Assembly (NCBI RefSeq): GCF_006345805.1
Contig: NC_043009.1
Span: forward strand, 5,146,001-5,210,000
Reading direction: 5' to 3'
DNA: 64,000 nucleotides
Source: Octopus sinensis
Taxonomy: Eukaryota
Shown here one piece after another: positions 55,050-64,000 of the stretch. The notes under the pieces were generated by a model that worked only from the letters and a program-made list of their open reading frames with translations, was not told the DNA's origin and did not search any database. Position 1 is the stretch's first letter, and every line of letters begins with the position of its first letter. Position numbers and translations under genes: made by a program.

Positions 55050-55779
55050 ATGTGTCTGTATATATGTATATGTCTGTGTGTGTACGTTCGTGTGCCTGTG
55101 TGTGTGTTTGCGGGGTTGGATTGTGTGTCTGTATAATCTATATTTTTTTGTCTCCATTATCGTCTGACGAATTATGTGGAAGATTTTCTAAACTTTGGCG
55201 CCTTAAGGAAAAAGAGAAATAATAGAGTGTATTATTGTAAATAAAGACAAATATGTGTTTAGTGTTTGGGGTCGATACTGACGTAAACAAATAATCAAAC
55301 TAAAACATACATAGTCAGAGATTTAAACGAAGTTTTAAGTAGAATCAAGTAATAATGAATTTTGCTTCTTTTTAAACATTGATAGATTTTTAAAAGAAAC
55401 GAATCACAGACCATAAATTTCGAAAATCAAAATGAAGTGCATTTTATTTCTGTATTTTAGATATTGTAGATTGCAGACACAACATGTAATATATTTTGTC
55501 TTCTTATTTTTTTATTTCCATTCTTCATTCAGATCAAACATTTCGGGTTTTCAATATCAGTATTCGCGAATCCAATGCAGTACATAACAATCCAATACAC
55601 TACGTAGGAATATTCCTTGTGTATACTAAATACTATAGTCTTGTGTAGAACCCTTCTAAATATCAATGAAAAAAATTCCCATTAAGCAACTAAAATATGA
55701 CCTGTCAATATCTTGTTTTCTTTAGTAGAGATATCAGAGGCATAATTCTCTTTAACGTAGTTAATTTTATTTCAAAGTT

Positions 55780-55964
55780 CCTCCTTGAGCCACGCCAGGC
55801 TCATAAGGGCCAGTTTCCCGTTTTCAGTGGCGTAGAAATTCCCCGCCGGTCCGTCGCAGGATTACTCATTTTTGCCAGCTGAGTGGACTGCAGCAATGTG
55901 AAATGAAGGGTTTTGCTCAAGAATACAACGCATCGCCCGGTCCAGGAATCGAAACCACAACCTT
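55780..55964 (-). mobile_element. SINE with tail type iii and a different core; head interrupted
   Basis: Tail matches type iii; B-box GGTTTCGATTCC on the minus strand ends at the junction with the RTE 3'UTR copy. Confidence 0.7.
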
Positions 55965-56220
55965 ACATGAAATGTAAAAGCCGGACTAGATTATTTTATG
56001 CGGAACCCTATTGTCTCCCGACACAAAAAGGATGCCAACCTTAACGTGAATAACTTGATACACGAAGGAAGTTGACAGCTTCCAAACTGAAAGCTATAGA
56101 TCAGTAATGATGATGTACGTGATTTACTGTATTTCAATGATACAGTTTGTAGAAGATAACACATCCAGTACTGGAGCCTGAGTATCATTTTATAAAATAA
56201 TTGTTTAATCAAAATATATC

Positions 56221-56670
56221 ATGGAAGATGGCAGAATCCCCAAGGACATACTCTATGAAGAGCTCGCTAAGGGCACTAGGTCTGTGGGAAGACCGTTCTT
56301 ACGATACAAGGATGTTTGCAAAAGGGACATGAAAGCCTGCAACATCAATATTAGCAACTGGGAAGCAGTTGCCAGCAACCGTGGGGATTGGCGACGTACC
56401 GTAAAAGAGGGAACACAACGGAGTGACATAGAGAGAGAGGAGAAATGGAAAGACAAGAAAAGACGTCAACAAGAAACTATGACATTACAACCAACCAGGC
56501 AAAGTCTTCGCTACATCTGCGGCACCTGCCAGAGAGAGTGTTTGTCCAGGATAGGACTACACTGCCACAGCAGGAGATGCATTAGGACATGAAATGTAAA
56601 AGCCGGACTAGATTATTTTATGCGGAACCTATTGTCTCCCGACACAAAAAGGATGCCAACAACAACAACA
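56221..56670 (+). mobile_element. 5'-truncated RTE (BovB-like) LINE 3' end
   Basis: MEDGRIPKDILYEELAKGTRSVGRPFLRYKDVCKRDMK..WRRTVKEG..CGTCQRECLSRIGLHCHSRRC*, 3'UTR ending GGATGCCAAC(AAC)n. Confidence 0.93.
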
Positions 56671-58817
56671 ATCATCCCTAAACCATTAGCTATATATTTA
56701 ACAAACAATACTTCACATTCTAAAGATCGCATGCAATTGTAGGATACTAAGATTATAGTAATATCGTTGCAATTTAATAGTGTTCATGAGACTCATTCAA
56801 ATTAAAAACGGAATTAAAAGAAAGTGATTATATCTGAGAAAACATTTAAGAACAATATATATTGATGAATTTATTTATTTGGCATTGCTTGTTATTTTTC
56901 AACAGCCATGAATGTTGAAACGATGCGAAATCAAGAACTGTTGTTTAAGGGTAAAAGAACAATGCCTGAATTTGAAAAAAAAAATCGATACTCAATGAGA
57001 GTAGCATAAGTAAAGTACCCCCGAGAGGAAAAGGCCTAAAGAAAGATATGAATTTTAAAAATTAATGGAAAATTTCCTGCTGACGAACAGAAGTATAGGT
57101 TTGTGCGGGCTGTGTGGATTTGTTCACTTTCATAAGTCCTGAACGGAGAATTATAAACTAACATGTTCAGAACTGGATTTAAAAGGATTTGAGAAGATAT
57201 AGCTATATGACTAAATCCTTTAATTATTAAGGAATTTTAAGTCATTGTAATTGGGAATCGCTCGAGAGTCCCCCCACCCTGTTTGAACGTCATGTTAGGT
57301 TGCCACTATGAACATATGCTAGCTGCGAAAAGATCCTGCACTCTAAATCATGTTGAAAGCTAGCCCCTAATAATGACATCTACAGGTCGGCATGGTATGT
57401 CTCGTGGGAAGTGTAAGTCACTGCCGCAGTTTGTTTTAAAACACAGCAGTATTTAGAGAGCATTAACGCTAAGGATTTGAACACAGAAATTAAGTTTCCT
57501 TATATTGAGCTAATCATGGGTTGTTAAAGAAATATATATTATACTCTGTACCACAGCAGTTTTAACTGGCCAAACAAAAAGAAAGAAATCCGTTTTCCGT
57601 TTGATAGAATGTATTGGCATTATATTTCACACTATATATATCTTATACTCTGTTTTCTTTCAATTATACACACACGTGCGCACACACACTACACGCAAAC
57701 CCAAACCCACATGAGCATATGTATCTGTGTATGTGTTTGTGCGCGTGTTTGTATGTGTTTATTTTGTATTCATAAAATATATGGATCATAGAACATATAT
57801 GAAGTTTTTGTCAATAATTCTCAAAAATTACACACACATCCACGTAATTATCTTGTGCGAGTGTATAAAAATACCAATACGAACTTCGTATATACGCTCA
57901 AACAGAAAAAAGAATCACACACGATTATACGCATACAAAAATGCATGAAGGGATGCTTATACTTTATTGATATGCGAAATCTGGAATATTTGAAGTTGAA
58001 AATGCGATATATACACATATATAGACACACATAAGAAAAATATATCAAATAATTATACGTGCTTCAGTTTATGTAAATGTGTGCTTTTTTTATTGTGCCT
58101 CTGTTTATGTAAATGTGTGCACATGGGCATGTGTATGCGATGTGTATATTTCTGTGGTTGTATAAACTATATCGCAATGGAGGATCAAATCAATGAAAAT
58201 ATTCTTCAGAATGAAAAAAAACAATAATGACAAACATCAGAATAAACATAAAGTAAAGATAGGATTTTTATCCCCTCAGTCCTCACACCAACCCCGCCAA
58301 TTCTCAGTCTTATACATCACTGATTTAGAGTATTTAAAAATAATATTGACGAGCAAAATTTCTCAATATATCAACATCAACTGACTGTTGCAATGATTTG
58401 AAGTGGTATGGTGGAGGTGTTGGTTTAGCTTGTGGATATAGTAGCTCTTTTATAACGTAGGTGACCGTAAACAGAGAACGTTTACTATAGGTTTAATGTA
58501 GTATACATTATGAGTTTTATCATTTTATTCACGTGAAAATCTTGCAAAATGCTGATCACTGAAGTGTACTAAAGATTTCTGCTTATACTTCGTTCTTTCA
58601 TATGTATTCACCCCTCCCTTTCTCATGTTATAATGCGCATACCTACATATACACACATGCACGGCGAACAAACACACACACATACGTATATACATTAATA
58701 CGTACTATATATATATTTATATATACACATATATATCTTTATATACATATATATGTGTGTGTGTGTGTACGTATGTCTATTATATTCTCACATATTCCTT
58801 CTTCCGTCTTTCACTTA

Positions 58818-58866
<49 letters not shown>

Positions 58867-59022
58867 TATATATACGGCCACTCAAACACACACTCATGTT
58901 CTCTCATGTTTATATCTACCGCCAAATTTATGGATATATGTATCATTTTATGCCGTATGCATATATGCTATATATATATATATATATATACGGTATATAT
59001 AGGTGCATTGTTAAATACACCC

Positions 59023-59076
<54 letters not shown>

Positions 59077-60012
59077 TATATATATATAATATGTGTATGT
59101 ATATATATATATTCATACATATATACAAAGATATGCACATACATACATACGAACATACATGCATACATGCTTACATCTCGGTAGATGCATATGAGCTTTT
59201 ATTTATATTTAAAGATATGTGCGTTTGCATGCGAGAGTATATGGTGCGTGCATATGTGTTCATTGGACTCTAACATTTGAGATATCCAAATAAATGATCT
59301 TGGGAGTATACAATTGTCTGCTATGGTATCGGAGTGTCGAGACATTTGTGCTTTTTATTTTATTTTTTTCGCGTCTTATTGCTTTTCCCTGTCATTTTTT
59401 TTATTCCTTCTTGGTCTAGATAAATCGGTCTGGAAAAAGTGGGACGTGATAAGGCTGTTTGTATATGAACCTAGTGATATTTTTTTTTCCTTACGCGTTT
59501 TTTATATTGTTTCAAACAGTTTTGCAATGGCCAGAGTAAATACTGACATTTATCCGAATATCATCAATATCAACGTATCGAAATGACGCTAAATTTTATC
59601 AAATACTTAGAAATACGACCGCTGCATCCATCATTTCCTGCAGGCGAAATAAAATATTTTGTTGAATGTTTTATGAAACCAGTTTGTATTTCACATTTTT
59701 ATGTTTTATTTTGTTTATTTTTTTGTATACATTTGTTTATATTTTTTGTATGCTGTATCACAAACTGATTCATTGCTGTTGTTGTTATTGATATCATTAC
59801 AATTATTGTTATTATTATTGTTACCACCTTCAACACCACCGAATCAACCACCACCACCACCACCACCACCATCACCATCATCATCATTATTCCTATTATT
59901 ATAATTTGTTTTGATGCATAAATATTTCTTTCGAGATAATATGGCGAACATTTGGGTTTTGCTAAGATTTATTTGATGATGAACAAATGTCTGTTTTTTT
60001 GTGTTGTTGTTG

Positions 60013-60044
<32 letters not shown>

Positions 60045-61745
60045 GGTGATGGGGAACTTAAGGAGGCATGTTTTCTGGAACTTTTGTACGTCTACCTCCT
60101 TAACTGAGAGTAAAGAAATATCTGTTCCATATTGGAAATATTTGGATACATGGTGAACAGTATGAAGAGATTAAAATAAGAGAAAGATAATCCGGAAATA
60201 TGACAACGGACAACTGAGCAGAAACAATTACAAAGATACTCCTTATCGCTGTTGAAGACTGAATGGCAATATTTATTAATAAATGAATACATATATATAC
60301 ACACCTACTCTTGACATTCACGCGGCAAAAGCTTGGCTTCGAAAGTGAATGTAATGTATAAAGTGTTTCCTAGCTGAACAAAACCGTTGGCGGTAAATGT
60401 GATTGACGAAAAGACTATCGGAGAGCTGTTTTATAAGAGTCGTTACTCTTTATACAAATTGTAGATACAGAGACAGCCATTGACGAATATGATATTTCTC
60501 TGTCTTGTGAAATGAACAAATAATAACTATAAAATAAGTAAATAAGTAAATAAATAAGTAGAAAGTATTTGCGGCATATTTAGCCACGAAAATGTATTAA
60601 AAGATATCCTAGCGATTGACCTTCAACGTATTCTATCAACCGAAAGTCGGTACATAAAAGCGCATATTTTTTTCATTAAGGCTGAGGAAATGCAGAGAAG
60701 ACAACATTCGCGCACCATGTACGTGTCTTATCTATACTCAGGTGGTACAGATTATATAACGAGAGAACACAAGGACCAGATATAAGGCTATTAATAGTGT
60801 TCTTGCCCCTTAACTCATCATCAGTAAGAGAAGGTGGCGAACGTCAAATAACAATATCGTGTTGGGTGTATGGGCATGTAAATATTGTGAAGTTATTTCG
60901 AGATGTGTTCCGATTTCGCGACAAAATGCCACTCGTTGTGAATGGAGATACATGAGAAGGACATGAAACATTCATACAACTACCTGTGAGAAGTAAATTC
61001 CTTCTCCAGAGATGGGCTGGAAAACAGAGGAAAACAAACAGCGGTTCGTAACTTACAACAATAGCAAGGCCTGGAATAGGCGTTTACCACATTATCAAGG
61101 GCCTTAGTATAGTGGAAAGTTGACACCCACCTGGTAGCCGGACTTTGTACTATCAGTAAATCCTACCGCTAACCCTGCAACAATGTGTAGGAAATCAAAT
61201 TTTAAGAAGAATGTCTATCCGGCGAAAATAGCTTCCAAAGGCGTCACAAAAAGGCAATAACAACAAGCTGTAAAATGGCCTCCAAATTGCAAACGCATAT
61301 GATTCTAGATGAAAATCTCGCCTCAACACGAGAACCATGAGATTAGTAGCTGCTTGAATTGACAAAGAAAACTTGATAGATTAAGTAATCGACTTGTATT
61401 ATTCAGGGAATGGTTTGTTGATTGAAGAGGATATGGGATGTGATTTACGTTAAGATCCTGAAACTAGGAATCACAAATAATATCAAAATAAGCATCAATC
61501 GAATTTCATAGTGAACGTTGCTGGATTCTATTCTAATGTAACACAGAAAATGACTACAAGTGTATTTCATGAGTGCATGAAATAATATGAAGGGCGAAAT
61601 TAGAGAGCCTTGGTGCTTGCTGAATATGACTGCGGGGGAGATTCGTAGTTGTGTGTTATTCGGCTGTTTCATTAAAATTGTCTTTATATTAATTTTTTTC
61701 ATATAACAAAAAAAAAAGTGATCTGAAAGTTTACCTATCTGTCTG

Positions 61746-61818
<73 letters not shown>

Positions 61819-61843
61819 TTCTCTGTCTCTCTCTGTCTCTCTC

Positions 61844-61886
<43 letters not shown>

Positions 61887-61971
61887 GTCTGTCTGTCTGT
61901 CTGTCTATCTAAATATCTATCTATCATTACTACTACTACTGCTACTACTACTACTGCTGCTGCTGCTCTTG

Positions 61972-62003
<32 letters not shown>

Positions 62004-62125
62004 GTTGTTGTTGCTGCTGCTACTACTATCATCATTATTACTAATTTATATTGAAATACTCCCAAATATATATGTATGGATATACCCGTTTCTTTTTCCT
62101 TCTCTCTCTCTTCCTATATATATGT

Positions 62126-62192
<67 letters not shown>

Positions 62193-62800
62193 ATATATAT
62201 AATATATATACATATATATGTACACTTATATACACTTATGAACACATGTATAACAGCTTGGATGTGCATTAAACATTCTCAAGAAATAATTTTAATAAAG
62301 AGAAACTCTTAATTGCCATCGCTAGGATACGCTGATAGGACGTTGTAAATACCGCAATCACTGAAGATTCTCATAAACATAGATTCAGCTAGACGTTTAT
62401 AATTCTGTATTCATGCTTGGTGAGTTGGGAGCAGTTTATCAGATCTAACTTGAAAAATCTTCACACACACTAAACATTTCAATACTGATGCAAAATATTA
62501 TCATGATGGCAGTTTACTAAAGAGGTATTTAAAGTTTCACAATCTCGCTATCTCACACTTTCTGCATATACGTGTCTGTGTGAGAGGTTTTCTGTGTGAC
62601 TGGGTATAGGTTTCAGTGTGTGTGTGTGTGTGTGTTTGCGTGCCTTTGTGAGTGTACGCTTGTATGTGGGCGCACGTTTTTATCTAAGTATTTCATGTTT
62701 CGTTGCTGTTTATCGCAGTTCTCTCATAGCGCTATTTCTCATTTTCCCTTATGAAGTTTTATCAATTTACTTTTAACTCTGAAATGTATCGGCTATCCTG

Positions 62801-62877
<77 letters not shown>

Positions 62878-62946
62878 TTTTCCCCCTTTTTCTATCTATC
62901 TATTTATCTATCTATATATCTATTTATTTATCTACCCGTCTATCTG

Positions 62947-63046
<100 letters not shown>

Positions 63047-63058
63047 CCTATCTGCACG

Positions 63059-63115
<57 letters not shown>

Positions 63116-63139
63116 TTATCTATCTATCTATTAATCTAT

Positions 63140-63194
<55 letters not shown>

Positions 63195-63197
63195 AGA

Positions 63198-63241
63198 AGT
63201 CCGACGATAACCTAGCTGGCCAAAACTTCGAAGTCACTATC
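63198..63241 (+). ncRNA. Hammerhead relic, same family as 36140-36189
   Basis: AGT-CcGACGA..GGCC-aAAAC-TTCGAA-GTC-ACTATC directly after (TCTA)n; core mutated. Confidence 0.45.
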
Positions 63242-63832
63242 AACAACATTCTTTTATAAGAATAATAAATATGAACTCTACAAATGTATAGAATAACCCA
63301 TAAGAATAATGTAAAATTGTTTTTATTTTAACTGAACTCAAAAAGAATCATTAATTAATCTATCTACCTGTCTGTATGACTCTCCTTCTGTCCGTGTGTC
63401 TGTCCGTGCGTATGTCTAAAAAGCTAGCTATCTGTCAACTATCAAACTATGTATCTACGCATACGTTATCACTCATACAACCAGGTATGCATTCATAGAT
63501 TGGAAATTACAGATCTACGCGTGCGTATAACTGAAGTACCTACGATCCGTATTGACACTGGATATCGTGGAGACCTTCTGCACGGTCTTGGGCAAGCTTT
63601 ATTAGATCTAAAACTTTAGCTTGTGCAATCCCCGGTGAAGCAACTATTCGATGCCTTCCCGAGTAGGAGGGCGGCGCAACCAGTATGGAATTCACGATCG
63701 CAAACCCACTGAGGGCCGTATGCAAGTGCATTAATATTGTGCACAGGCATTGCTAACATTTTCTGTGGCCAATGGTCAGTAATGATCTTTCTCGGTCTAA
63801 ACAGCCATTATATGCCGACACAGCCATTATAT

Positions 63833-63864
<32 letters not shown>

Positions 63865-64000
63865 ATATATATATATATAATATATATATATACATATATA
63901 TACACAAACACACACATACATAAACTCGACTCTGTCAGTCACGAATGACCGTGGGTGCACCTAAGAGGTTGCCTCCCGGGGTACAAGTCAGAGCAGAAAG

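Overview
AT-rich eukaryotic genomic DNA dense in microsatellites and retroposons. The SINE families and repeat landscape suggest a coleoid cephalopod, probably Octopus (inference, not verified). No host protein-coding gene can be called with confidence; most ORFs in the supplied track are translations of (TA)n, (CA)n, (AAT)n, (GAA)n or (TCTA)n tracts. The largest coding element is an apparently full-length, lightly frameshifted CR1/L2-group LINE (~43.2-47.8 kb). Its ORF1 combines a Myb/SANT-like N-terminus, a polyQ linker and two CCCH zinc fingers. Also present: Penelope-like element (PLE) fragments, RTE fragments, Tc1 and mariner relics, a non-autonomous Helitron and three tRNA-derived SINE families. 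The most notable signal is a set of self-cleaving ribozyme motifs: an intact-looking U3:A8 variant hammerhead at the tip of a near-perfect 131-bp inverted repeat (47959-48349), several decayed hammerheads from other PLE families, and a candidate HDV-like ribozyme at the 5' end of an RTE-derived element.
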